The translations under genes were made by a program, and so were the position numbers. A stretch of 64,000 nt of DNA from Planctomycetota bacterium (lineage in GTDB: Bacteria; Planctomycetota; Phycisphaerae; WQYP01): NCBI GenBank assembly GCA_021804985.1, contig JAJZGD010000001.1, positions 9,827 through 73,826 of the forward strand, written 5' to 3'. The notes below the pieces were generated by a model, which saw only the letters and a program-made list of their open reading frames with translations, was not told where the DNA came from and searched no databases. Within the stretch, counting starts at the first letter, position 1. Each line of letters opens with the position of its first letter. Positions 10,837 through 20,119 of this stretch are shown one piece after another.

Positions 10837-11034
10837 ATGTCGATTGTCAGCAGGAAAAAGCTTGGAGAATTCTTGACGGTAAATGAGGCTGCGATGTACC
10901 TTGGAGTCTCGGCCTCTACCTTACGAAACTGGGATCGTACAGGTAAGCTTAAAGCTCAGCGGCATCCGATTAATGGTTACCGACTCTATAGCCGCCGCGG
11001 TCTCGATCGCGTGCTCAAGCCACTGAGGATTTGA
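10837..11034 (+). CDS. small MerR/excisionase-type HTH DNA-binding protein, candidate controller of the adjacent RM system
   Basis: 65 aa; HTH pattern LTVNEAAMYLGVSASTLRNWDRTGKL typical of HTH_17/Xis-MerR-like domains; ends 4 bp before the methyltransferase start. Confidence 0.6.
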   Translation: MSIVSRKKLGEFLTVNEAAMYLGVSASTLRNWDRTGKLKAQRHPINGYRLYSRRGLDRVLKPLRI

Positions 11035-11038
11035 CGCC

Positions 11039-12013
11039 ATGAAATACGAATCGCCACCTCTGTCACAATTTGCGTTCGATTACGAATCTAAGCGGATCGG
11101 CAAGTCACTAATTGTGCATGCGGATTGTCTGGAATGGCTGGGTCGCGTGCCGAAGGACACTTTGCACGGAATCGTAACGGACCCGCCGTACGGGGTAAAG
11201 GAATACGATTTTGATCAATTGGAAAAGCGGGCCAACGGTAACGGCGGCGTCTGGCGTATCCCACCTTCATTTGATGGGCATACCCGTGCACCGCTGCCAC
11301 GGTTTACGGCGCTCGATGGACAGGATCGCATGCGATTGAGCCGGTTCTTCACGGAATGGGCACGCGCGGCAGGCCACGCATTGCGACCCGGAGGGCATGT
11401 GTTCATTGCCACAAATGCCTTCTTGGCACCGTTGATGTATTCGGCCCTTATGGCCGGTGGGTTGGAATTTCGCGGACAGATTATTCGCCTGGTGCGAACA
11501 CTCCGGGGCGGTGACCGTCCGAAGAATGCGGAGGTGGAATTTCCCGGGGTGTCGTCCCTGCCCCGTGGATGCTATGAGCCATGGGGCTTGTTCCGCAAAC
11601 CGATGTTGCTTGGAATGAAAGTCAGTGACTGCCTCCGTGAATTCCAGACCGGCGGCTTGCGACGGACTAAAGATGATCTACCGTTTTCCGACACAATTTC
11701 GAGCGGCCGGACGCCGCGCCGCGAAAGACTTATAGCGAATCATCCGAGCCTCAAACCCCAATCATTCTTGCGCCAGATCGTCCGCGCATCGTTGCCGATG
11801 GGAGTAGGCGTTGTGGCAGATCCGTTCGCTGGGTCAGGCTCCACGGTAGCGGCCGCAGAGGCGGTTGGCGCGTGGGCGATTGGTGTTGAGCGTTTCGCCG
11901 ACTATTTCGAAATGGCGCAGGATGCCATTCCACGACTGGCAAAGCTGAAACTGGACGAGAAGGCCACCGAGGAGATTGGAGCGAGAGAGTCCCAGTCGTT
12001 ACTTTTTGGTTGA
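11039..12013 (+). CDS. Type II DNA methyltransferase, beta-class N6-adenine or N4-cytosine specific
   Basis: motif IV IVTDPPYG near the N-terminus, AdoMet motif I DPFAGSGST near the C-terminus (beta-class circular permutation), HPSLKPQSFLRQIV segment typical of the N6_N4_Mtase family. Confidence 0.85.
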   Translation: MKYESPPLSQFAFDYESKRIGKSLIVHADCLEWLGRVPKDTLHGIVTDPPYGVKEYDFDQLEKRANGNGGVWRIPPSFDGHTRAPLPRFTALDGQDRMRLSRFFTEWARAAGHALRPGGHVFIATNAFLAPLMYSALMAGGLEFRGQIIRLVRTLRGGDRPKNAEVEFPGVSSLPRGCYEPWGLFRKPMLLGMKVSDCLREFQTGGLRRTKDDLPFSDTISSGRTPRRERLIANHPSLKPQSFLRQIVRASLPMGVGVVADPFAGSGSTVAAAEAVGAWAIGVERFADYFEMAQDAIPRLAKLKLDEKATEEIGARESQSLLFG

Positions 12014-12688
12014 TTGGACGGGCTGGGGTTTGCCGCGAGCACGGTAAATCCAATTGGCTTCCATTTTTTCGAAGCCAGTGCGCATCACGCTTGCCGTTAT
12101 GGTACGGCGGCTGGTGGCCAATCTGCCGGAGAAATTCCAATCCGATTTGGTGATTTTGGCTCCGATGACCTTGACAAATTGGAAGGGCCTAAAGGCGAGT
12201 CCCCTCGTGGCGTCGCGGGGTGCGCTACTATCGAAAACAAACACCATGAGCCACACATTTTCGGGGTTGTGGCCCTGCCAGCCGCTGGGGCGGCGGGAGG
12301 CCTTGATTTCAATCCCTCGGTCAGCGTGAAGGCAGGCGCCGTTTGCATATACGCCAATCGGGATGAGATCGGGGTGGCCGTTGTGAAAGCGGTTCTTGAT
12401 CAAGCCGGGGCAATGTTTCGGAATAGCCGCCGCCAGGAATTCACTTACGATACTGCTAAAATTTGCAGGCATCAGGAATAATTCGAGGGGATCCATGCCC
12501 TTAGAAACCAGGGAACGGTTGATCAGATGTAGGAAAGCGAGAAAATCTTGCATTGCTTTTTTGACGTCCAGCGTGCCTAGGCCGTACGGAAGCTGACACT
12601 CGCGGTTAAACCCTTGTTGGTTGAGGCCGATGGGCACGGCTGTTTTTTTTGAAAGTTTTGCAGCTGGCATGGCGGTAAAATACTCCAT
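11999..12688 (-). CDS. putative Type II restriction endonuclease (PD-(D/E)xK candidate)
   Basis: 229 aa with no recognisable family; contains GHPDLIP...(20 aa)...GIEIKAS matching a PD-x(n)-(D/E)xK nuclease core; convergent with and overlapping the methyltransferase 3' end by 15 bp. Confidence 0.45.
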   Translation of the reverse strand: MEYFTAMPAAKLSKKTAVPIGLNQQGFNRECQLPYGLGTLDVKKAMQDFLAFLHLINRSLVSKGMDPLELFLMPANFSSIVSEFLAAAIPKHCPGLIKNRFHNGHPDLIPIGVYANGACLHADRGIEIKASRRPSGWQGHNPENVWLMVFVFDSSAPRDATRGLAFRPFQFVKVIGAKITKSDWNFSGRLATSRRTITASVMRTGFEKMEANWIYRARGKPQPVQSTKK

Positions 12689-12859
12689 TGACTTTGGCGG
12701 GTCAATTTGTTGGGGTTAGTGTCAGCCGATCGGCCCGCTGATTTCCGCAGCGACGGTTATCGATGCGACATAAAAACAGTACAATTCGGAAAACGTGGGC
12801 GAAGGGCGCAGCGGAGCGATTGGGCCGCCGGCAATAATGTGTTTCAGGAGCATTGAAAG

Positions 12860-13999
12860 ATGCAATACCGTTTGATCCCCAATACCCATTTGAATGTGTC
12901 GACGCTTTCGTTTGGCAATTTTATTTTTGGCAGCAGCATGTGGGGTAAATCTGCCGCGGACGAAGAAGCGGGGATTGCCCTGCAAAATATGGCCGTTGAC
13001 CTGGGTGTGAATTTTTTTGATACGGCCGACGCATACGACAATGGCCGTGCTGAGCAGATGATGCGCCCCACTATCAATTATGCCGGGCGACAAAATCTGA
13101 TTTTGTCGACAAAATTTGGCTACGACTTTTATTCCGATGCGGGCACTGCCGGTTCGCACCGTGAGCGCAAACAAGATTTTTCCGCCACGTTTTTGACCTT
13201 TGCCCTGGAATCCTCCTTAAAACGCCTGGCGACCGATTACATCGACCTGTGGCAGGCACACAATATTAAACTCCATCAGATGAACGATGAATTGGTAGCG
13301 GCCTTGGAACGCCTGGTACGGCAGGGAAAACTTCGCGCCTGGGGCATCGCGTTGGGGCCCGCCATCGGCTGGCGAGAAGAGGGTGTCGTGGCGATCGAAC
13401 AATGGAAATGCGCGACAGTGCAGACCGTATTCAACATGCTGGAACAGCATCCCGGCCGGGAATTTTGCCGGCTTGGTGAAAGGACGGGACAAACGGCCGT
13501 GATCAGCCGCGTACCGCACAGTTCGGGCATTCTTCAGGATATTTACACCGCGGACATGACATTCACGGATCATCGAAAATTCCGGGATCGGAACTGGCTG
13601 GTCTACGGCCTTAAAAAAGTGGAAAAGCTGCGCGATATTCAACGTGCCCATGGGTGCACACTTGGGCAATTGGCCATTAAATGGCTTCTGACGTTCCCCG
13701 CGCTGGTTTCAGTTCAGCCCAATATTGCAACCGAGGCGGAGCTTAATGAATTCGCCGAGGCCGCATCCCAGAAGGCCGTTTTAACGGCCGAAGAAATGAC
13801 GGCCATTGAGAACATGGTGGAGACTGATTTCGGCTTTGGGCCTGAAGCGCACGCATGCGATATAAAAAGCAGCGTCGCGGAAGGGGGCATTACCCGCAGC
13901 GTGTACCAAATGGGCGATCCGGTGCCCATGTTGCCGTGGGTTTCGGAAGCAAACGCAATTTTGCCGCCAGCTAAGAACGGTGCGCATCAGTCCGCATGA
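12860..13999 (+). CDS. aldo/keto reductase family oxidoreductase
   Basis: AKR hallmarks near the N-terminus (FDTADAYDNGRAEQMM) and overall TIM-barrel AKR pattern. Confidence 0.8.
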   Translation: MQYRLIPNTHLNVSTLSFGNFIFGSSMWGKSAADEEAGIALQNMAVDLGVNFFDTADAYDNGRAEQMMRPTINYAGRQNLILSTKFGYDFYSDAGTAGSHRERKQDFSATFLTFALESSLKRLATDYIDLWQAHNIKLHQMNDELVAALERLVRQGKLRAWGIALGPAIGWREEGVVAIEQWKCATVQTVFNMLEQHPGREFCRLGERTGQTAVISRVPHSSGILQDIYTADMTFTDHRKFRDRNWLVYGLKKVEKLRDIQRAHGCTLGQLAIKWLLTFPALVSVQPNIATEAELNEFAEAASQKAVLTAEEMTAIENMVETDFGFGPEAHACDIKSSVAEGGITRSVYQMGDPVPMLPWVSEANAILPPAKNGAHQSA

Positions 14000-14010
14000 G
14001 TTGAAATGTG

Positions 14011-14416
14011 TCAGGGTGCAATGGGTCCGGCATATTGCTCATCGGTCACCTTCTCCATCCAATTGACGGGCGAGCCATCCAACTTCTCCTGAATCGCAAT
14101 ATGACTCATGGCGGTGCTTGGTGTTGCGCCGTGCCAATGCCGTTCGCCGGGAGCAAACCAGACAACATCCCCCGCATGGATATGCTCAATCGGATTCCCT
14201 TCGCGCTGCACCATGCCGCAGCCGGCGGTGATGATCAGGGTTTGGCCGAGCGGGTGGGTGTGCCAGGCCGTGCGTGCGCCCGGCTCGAAGGTAACAAGTG
14301 CCATCGCGACGCGCGCCGGACTCGGCGGGCTGAACAAGGGGTCGATGCGAACGGTGCCCGTAAAATAGTCGACCGGGCCTTTGCCCGACGGTTGTGACCC
14401 GCAGCGTTTGATCTCC
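14011..14416 (-). CDS. cupin domain protein
   Basis: cupin motifs G(x)5HxH ([15 protein letters not shown]) and G(x)5PxG...H ([16 protein letters not shown]); ATG at 14416 preceded by AAGGAG 8 nt upstream. Confidence 0.65.
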
Positions 14417-14584
14417 ATAAAATATCTCCTTTGCTCATGGCTTTTGCGAGCAGGCCCGCCGACCCTATGCTCGGCCATTGCCTGAAAAGACTCAGCATGC
14501 CGTACCAGCGGATAACTCGCAAGTGGCGCGAGGCCCCTGCGCAGCTGGTGCGAGGCCGATGCCGAGATGGTGCGCGGCGAGCGT

Positions 14585-15883
14585 CTACTTCTGGGGTACC
14601 AAAGCCGTTCGGCCATCAACGAAATAGGCATGCTTACGTGCCAGGCATTGCTGGCGGAGGGCGGAAATTTTATGCGGGGCGGCAAATTTTAATTCGGGCA
14701 CCCATTTGATCATCGCCCGCGCACGATGCTCAAATTCGCGGCGAAGTGCCGGTTGCTTATTTCTCGGAGAATCAATCCAGACTGTGACGTGATCGGCGCC
14801 AAGCGCGTCGGAGGTGGCGTGCACCAGAAACTCGCCGGTGGCGGCAAAAGATCGCGCCAAATCAGCGAGTGCGGAAGCAAACGTCGATACCCCTTGCACT
14901 TTTAATAATTGGGCGGCTCGTCCGAGCACAGGTCCCAAGCGCGGGGTCTGGCGGCCACATGGGCACACGCCCCGATAAAGCGCAGCGATGTCGCCGGTGT
15001 CGTAGCGTAAAAGAGGCATGGCATCCTGCTTGAAAGGCGTTATGACGACGCGTCCCGGTGTGCCCGAAGCGCACGGTTGATCGGCGGCATCGAGAATTTC
15101 GACCATTCCCAGATGGGGATTAACATGGCCACCATCGCATTGGGGGCCTTGCGCCAATGTCGTGCAGGTTTCAGTGGTGGCGTATGTTGAAAGGAGCGGC
15201 GCCGATACGCAATGCATCAGGCTTTGGCTGAGTATATTGGGCGATAGGCTCGCATCGCGCAGGGGCTCGCCGATGCAAATAACGGCGGCCAGGTTTCGGG
15301 GCAACTTCAAACCACGCGAACACCAGGCAGCCAGCAAAGATGGGACGGCAATGAGAAACCAGCGGCCGCCAGGCTTGAGTGGGCGTTGGTGAAGCGTTTG
15401 AAAATCAGCCATGGCAGGGCCCATTCGCAAGCACGTTGCGCCGAGCCGCTGCGCACCGAGCCAATACGCCAACCCCGCCACAAACAAACGGTCCATGCCC
15501 ACACCAATGAGAACCCCGTCGCCGCGACGAATGCCGGCGAGGGCGAAGGCGGCCGCTTCATTTTCAGCCAGTCGGTTCAGGTCGCGCTCAGCCAGTGCGA
15601 TATGCACCGGCGAGCCTGTGGTTCCAGAGGTTGTTACCCATTCGCGGATAGCGGCAGCCGGCACGGCGAGAAAATCCAATCCATGGTTCACTAAATCGAT
15701 TTTTGTGGTTGTCGGCAGATTGGGAAATACTTTGGCGGCAGCCGCAGCCGATAGGGTCGGCAGGCCAATTCGCCTCAGATAAAATGGGGCCTTCAAGGCG
15801 TGTCGCATTTGCGCAAGCAGCAATGCATTGATGGCGGCGGTTTTTCGCGATTGGCGCCCCGCGCTGCGAATGTCTTTATGCAA
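14585..15883 (-). CDS. adenylate-forming acyl/aryl-CoA ligase, phenylacetate-CoA ligase (PaaK) / coenzyme F390 synthetase family
   Basis: AMP-binding motifs [13 protein letters not shown] and RYDTGD with the domain spacing typical of PaaK-like ligases. Confidence 0.7.
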   Translation of the reverse strand: MHKDIRSAGRQSRKTAAINALLLAQMRHALKAPFYLRRIGLPTLSAAAAAKVFPNLPTTTKIDLVNHGLDFLAVPAAAIREWVTTSGTTGSPVHIALAERDLNRLAENEAAAFALAGIRRGDGVLIGVGMDRLFVAGLAYWLGAQRLGATCLRMGPAMADFQTLHQRPLKPGGRWFLIAVPSLLAAWCSRGLKLPRNLAAVICIGEPLRDASLSPNILSQSLMHCVSAPLLSTYATTETCTTLAQGPQCDGGHVNPHLGMVEILDAADQPCASGTPGRVVITPFKQDAMPLLRYDTGDIAALYRGVCPCGRQTPRLGPVLGRAAQLLKVQGVSTFASALADLARSFAATGEFLVHATSDALGADHVTVWIDSPRNKQPALRREFEHRARAMIKWVPELKFAAPHKISALRQQCLARKHAYFVDGRTALVPQK

Positions 15884-15910
15884 TGGAACGATCTCCTGCT
15901 TGTTACGGTG

Positions 15911-18900
15911 TTATGGTGTTTTGGCCAGTCGCAGATATCGCCGAAGCGCCACACGTCTTGCCCGATATGGCGGATCCAGCAAAAGCGTTTTGGTTAAAAG
16001 GATTGCAGCCCGCTTTTTGCGACCCATGGCCAAATCGGCGCGGCCCGCTAGTTCATACGCGGAAAAGAAATCAGGATCATATTGCAATGCCACCATGGCT
16101 TTATGGTAGGCCAGCTTAAAATGGTTCTTGGCGAGGGCATGGTAGCCGGAATGCAGCGCCGCTCGGGCTATCTCAAAGCGATGCCAGCCGCCCGAAACTA
16201 AAAAATGGTCCGCGGGAATGGATGGCAAGAGAACTTTTGCGAGCGGCGGTGGCTCTTTAGAAAGCATGGGTAGCACCTTTACGCCGATATAGGCGCCTTC
16301 GGCATAGGGCCACGCCGCCACCCACAGTTCTCCGTTGGTTAAGTTCATAATGACCGAATGCGTAGCGATGAGCGCATCAATCGCATTCCGATTGCCGTAG
16401 CCGATAAACCGGCCATGCACGCTGGCTTTGTCTCTTAAAAGCTTCGCCAGATTAATCGCATTAACTTTTCCGCGCATGGCATTGATCAGCCGCAGGGCGC
16501 GTGCCATGCGAAACCGCGATGTAGATTGGCGGATTCGCGCTGCATTAACAGGATCGTTCCGAAATACCGGTGCGGTAAATTGATTGGCCACGGCGGCCCG
16601 CTGATCGACGTGAATCACGGCGCAATGCAGCGGCGATTTTTCAATGATTATGCATTGACCGGTTTTGCCGTCGCCCACCACAATGCTGTCGGCCACAAAC
16701 ACCGGCGCACGCCGGAAGATGGATACGGCTTGTGAAAGGCTGTGAGCAAACTGCAGCACCTGTCGCGCGACAATAATCGTCGGCTCACCGATCGGCTTAA
16801 AGCCGACCGTCGCGGCAGCATTGATAAACAAACCTATCTTCTCGCTATTAAAGCCGGTAACACAGCCGCTAAGCCCCGGCCACGCGACGGTCACAAAGCC
16901 GTACCCATGTGAGGGGCGAACGAAGGTGATACTTTTCTGCCGGTTAAAAGCCGGGCCGCCTTCAAAGTCAAAATTTCGGGCGAGCCATAGACAATTATCC
17001 CCCGACCACGCCGGGCACGCCGCAACGCCGGTACAGCCAACGGCGTGCGCATCAATCAGAGGGTTATCAATCAGGTTTTGAGATATGTCGTCGAGTGCTT
17101 CATAAGACAGCAGCCGCGCATAAGTAGGACTCAAATAGGCGTGTAAATCGGGATGCGAACGCGACTCGGCATAGACTTCATGGCGGATATAGGCGGGGAT
17201 ATAATGCGGCAGCCTAAGCATATCCAGTGCCACGCCGCGGGTGATGACCCACTGCGCCCAGAGTGATGGCACAAAATGATGCAATTGATCGAGCATGTCA
17301 TTTTCGATCTCGGTATCGACCGGGGCGCCCAGTGCACCGTCATCGTAGCCCAGTGTGCCCGATGAGCCGCCAACGGACATCACCCACACGCCGTGAACTC
17401 GGCGCATCCACGCATGACCAATTTTCCAACTATTCGGGCCGGTCTGCGTAACGGTGCGGTGCTGGGGCAATCGAACGGCCTTATCAGGGCGTGCGCTAGC
17501 CATCAGCAGTTGTCCGATGCATACCACCAGCATGGCCAGCGCCGCAGCCGCAGCGGCGATCCGAATCAGCCAAAGCAGCGCGGACTCGGGCACGCGTCGC
17601 CAGCTGCGGCAACCGCGGCAACGGTTATTAACGGTATGGCAGCACCAGCGCACGAATGGCCCAACGCAGAGCAATGCCGCAAGGTATCCGCCGCAGATTC
17701 CCGCCACGAGCGTAAGCCCCACCCAATGCAATGCCGGGTGAGCAGCCAGAATAATTGCACCCGAGCCTAATATGGTGGTCAGGGCGCAGATGCCGGTGGT
17801 AAGAATGCGCGGTGATGGTTTATCGGTGCGAAGTGCCGGATCGCTGGCGGTATAGACGCCGTAATCAATGGCGACACCCATGGTAAACAGCAGGGGTATC
17901 ATGGCGAGAAAATTCAGCCCCCCACCAATCCATTGCGCCACGCCTGCCAGCCAGATGAACCCGACCAACAGCGAAAGGGATGCGGCCGCCGCGATTTCCA
18001 ATCGGCGAAAATAGATGCAAACCGGCAAGAAAATGGCCAGGAACACCCAGGGAAAAAGGAACTCCGTCTGGGCCTTGGATTGCTGCGTAGCATTAAACAG
18101 CAGCGCGCTGCCATCAACGAGCAGTACGTGGGGAAATAGCAGTTCAATTTCGGAGGTCCAATCGGTTTGCATTCGCGGCGAGAGTTTGCGATTGGGATAG
18201 ACCACAGTCGCGAGGTAGTGGTGGCTGCGGATTTGAAATACTTGGCCAGGAAAAAGACTTAATGGTGAGTTGCGCAGCCGCGTCGGCGCAGCAAACTGCG
18301 TTGCACGGTGAAAAAACAAAGTGCTTTGCAATGACGGAGCGCGAAAGCCCTGGCGGCTTGCAGCGATTTTCAGGCGTGCATCGATGGCCGCAATCCGTGA
18401 GGCCGTCCAGAAATGCTGCCATCGGGCGATACGCCGGTTAAGCCGCCGGGTGTCCGGCAGCAGGTTGGAAGGTGAAATAAATCCGCCAATCAATTTTTCC
18501 CGCTTCATTCGCGCCAGATCGCTCTGGAGCATCTGCGTTTGCTTAAGCAGTTTGCCGGCACTTCGGCTGCGGGTAATAACCACTCCATGGTGGGCGCTGT
18601 TGCCCCATACTTTAAAAAAGCCTTGCTGCGCGGCCGTTTGTGCCGGGGACGCCCCATTTAAATCGGCGGGGTTAATGTTGTAGTGGAGTTTGGCGGCCTG
18701 CAGCAACAAAAAACTTGTCACGACGGAAAATGCGATAAATGCCACCCAGCGCACCCACCGCGGCAGAGCGAACTGTATTTCGATCGCACGTCGGGGACGA
18801 CAAAACTCGGAGAGATAGGCGGGCAGAATCAGGAACGTAACAAGCCATATCAGCAGCGTGCCCATCGCGATAAATAAACCCATCGCTCGCAGGCCGGGCG

Positions 18901-20119
18901 CCGTGCAGAACGCCAGCGCTCCATAGCCGGTGATGCTGGTCAGAGCGCTCATCGTAATAGGGCCAAACAGCGACCGTGCTGCGACCGCCGCCTCATTGGT
19001 ATGGCTGCCTGGCAACGGAGAGCGAGAACGGCCGTAGGCACCGAGTATTTGAATGCCATAATCAGTCGTAGCGCCAAGAATTAAGCCGGAGAAGGCTAAA
19101 ATCATCAGCGGCAGGTGCGCGCCCGTCAGACCCGATAGCCCCAGCGCCGTGCCAAGCCCCACCACCGGTGGCAGCATGCAGATAAGAAGCGTGCCGATCC
19201 GACGAAAATAGAACCAAATGACAGCCGCCACCAACAGCGTTCCAATGATGGAGACCACGGCAACATCGCGCTTGATTTGGGCGGCATTTTGGACGTACTG
19301 AGTGTAAGGGCCGATGATCCAAAAATGCACATGCGGATAGCGCCGCTGAATGCTCGCGGTTACCGACGAAAGCTGGTTTAGCATTTGCGCGGCGAGCCGC
19401 GTTTGCTGCGGCGAAAACGTCGGCGATAAAACGATCATCGCATGGGTGCGATTTTTGGCCATCAGCAGGCCACCGTTCATGGCCAGATGCGAAATGTTCA
19501 GCGGTGTGGCCGCATTTGCCGATTGCAGTTGCCGGTAAAGCAAGGTGCGGATCGCGAGAGGATCAGTCGTAAGGTTTGACAGATCGAGCAAACCCCCGGG
19601 GGCTTCAAGCCGTTCATGAATGTCGGCAAAGTGCTTCTGCATCCAAGGATCGCCGGTGCGAGCCTTAAGTTTTTGAAAGGATCGACGTGTCAGCAAGGCA
19701 GGAATATCCGCCGTAATGGTGCGTTGGGCCCGATTGAGCGCCGGCAGCGATACGCCATCCCAAAGTGTGCCAAAGATGGGATGCTTACGAAGCGCAGCCG
19801 CCATGGCCCGTACCGCGGAGGGCAATTGCTTTTTAAATTGCGGTTTGGTGTGCAGATCGATATGGAGCGAATCGGCAAGCTGCGGCAATGCGGATATCTG
19901 CCGCCAGGACTGCACCTGTCGGCTGTTTTGCGAAAAAAACAGCAGGACGTTGGTTTGCCAGTGGATGGCGGTGGAAGCGGCTGCGCAAAGCACGGCCGCA
20001 ACAACGAGAAACGCGGAAAGCCATCGGCGGTGGCGCCCCAAAAAGCCGTACCAATGTGCCATCAGTATTAGCAGCGGATCGCGATTTTGGCCGGCGCCCG
20101 GCGCGGCAGGCTCAATCAT
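15911..20119 (-). CDS. fusion protein: MMPL/RND-type exporter (12 TM with two large periplasmic loops) + extra TM + Ntn-hydrolase C45 acyltransferase-like domain + C-terminal TPR repeats
   Basis: two 6-TM bundles (approx aa 285-440 and 690-830) separated by soluble loops as in MMPL/HpnN exporters; Cys-rich linker WCCHTVNNRCRGCRSW; 13th TM (aa 850-870); soluble domain with HAVG|CTGVAACPAWSGDNCLWLARNFDFEGG resembling the Gly-Cys autoproteolytic/nucleophile site of C45 acyl-CoA:6-APA acyltransferase/choloylglycine-hydrolase-type Ntn enzymes; TPR-like tail aa 1300-1402. Confidence 0.6.
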   Translation of the reverse strand: MIEPAAPGAGQNRDPLLILMAHWYGFLGRHRRWLSAFLVVAAVLCAAASTAIHWQTNVLLFFSQNSRQVQSWRQISALPQLADSLHIDLHTKPQFKKQLPSAVRAMAAALRKHPIFGTLWDGVSLPALNRAQRTITADIPALLTRRSFQKLKARTGDPWMQKHFADIHERLEAPGGLLDLSNLTTDPLAIRTLLYRQLQSANAATPLNISHLAMNGGLLMAKNRTHAMIVLSPTFSPQQTRLAAQMLNQLSSVTASIQRRYPHVHFWIIGPYTQYVQNAAQIKRDVAVVSIIGTLLVAAVIWFYFRRIGTLLICMLPPVVGLGTALGLSGLTGAHLPLMILAFSGLILGATTDYGIQILGAYGRSRSPLPGSHTNEAAVAARSLFGPITMSALTSITGYGALAFCTAPGLRAMGLFIAMGTLLIWLVTFLILPAYLSEFCRPRRAIEIQFALPRWVRWVAFIAFSVVTSFLLLQAAKLHYNINPADLNGASPAQTAAQQGFFKVWGNSAHHGVVITRSRSAGKLLKQTQMLQSDLARMKREKLIGGFISPSNLLPDTRRLNRRIARWQHFWTASRIAAIDARLKIAASRQGFRAPSLQSTLFFHRATQFAAPTRLRNSPLSLFPGQVFQIRSHHYLATVVYPNRKLSPRMQTDWTSEIELLFPHVLLVDGSALLFNATQQSKAQTEFLFPWVFLAIFLPVCIYFRRLEIAAAASLSLLVGFIWLAGVAQWIGGGLNFLAMIPLLFTMGVAIDYGVYTASDPALRTDKPSPRILTTGICALTTILGSGAIILAAHPALHWVGLTLVAGICGGYLAALLCVGPFVRWCCHTVNNRCRGCRSWRRVPESALLWLIRIAAAAAALAMLVVCIGQLLMASARPDKAVRLPQHRTVTQTGPNSWKIGHAWMRRVHGVWVMSVGGSSGTLGYDDGALGAPVDTEIENDMLDQLHHFVPSLWAQWVITRGVALDMLRLPHYIPAYIRHEVYAESRSHPDLHAYLSPTYARLLSYEALDDISQNLIDNPLIDAHAVGCTGVAACPAWSGDNCLWLARNFDFEGGPAFNRQKSITFVRPSHGYGFVTVAWPGLSGCVTGFNSEKIGLFINAAATVGFKPIGEPTIIVARQVLQFAHSLSQAVSIFRRAPVFVADSIVVGDGKTGQCIIIEKSPLHCAVIHVDQRAAVANQFTAPVFRNDPVNAARIRQSTSRFRMARALRLINAMRGKVNAINLAKLLRDKASVHGRFIGYGNRNAIDALIATHSVIMNLTNGELWVAAWPYAEGAYIGVKVLPMLSKEPPPLAKVLLPSIPADHFLVSGGWHRFEIARAALHSGYHALAKNHFKLAYHKAMVALQYDPDFFSAYELAGRADLAMGRKKRAAILLTKTLLLDPPYRARRVALRRYLRLAKTP

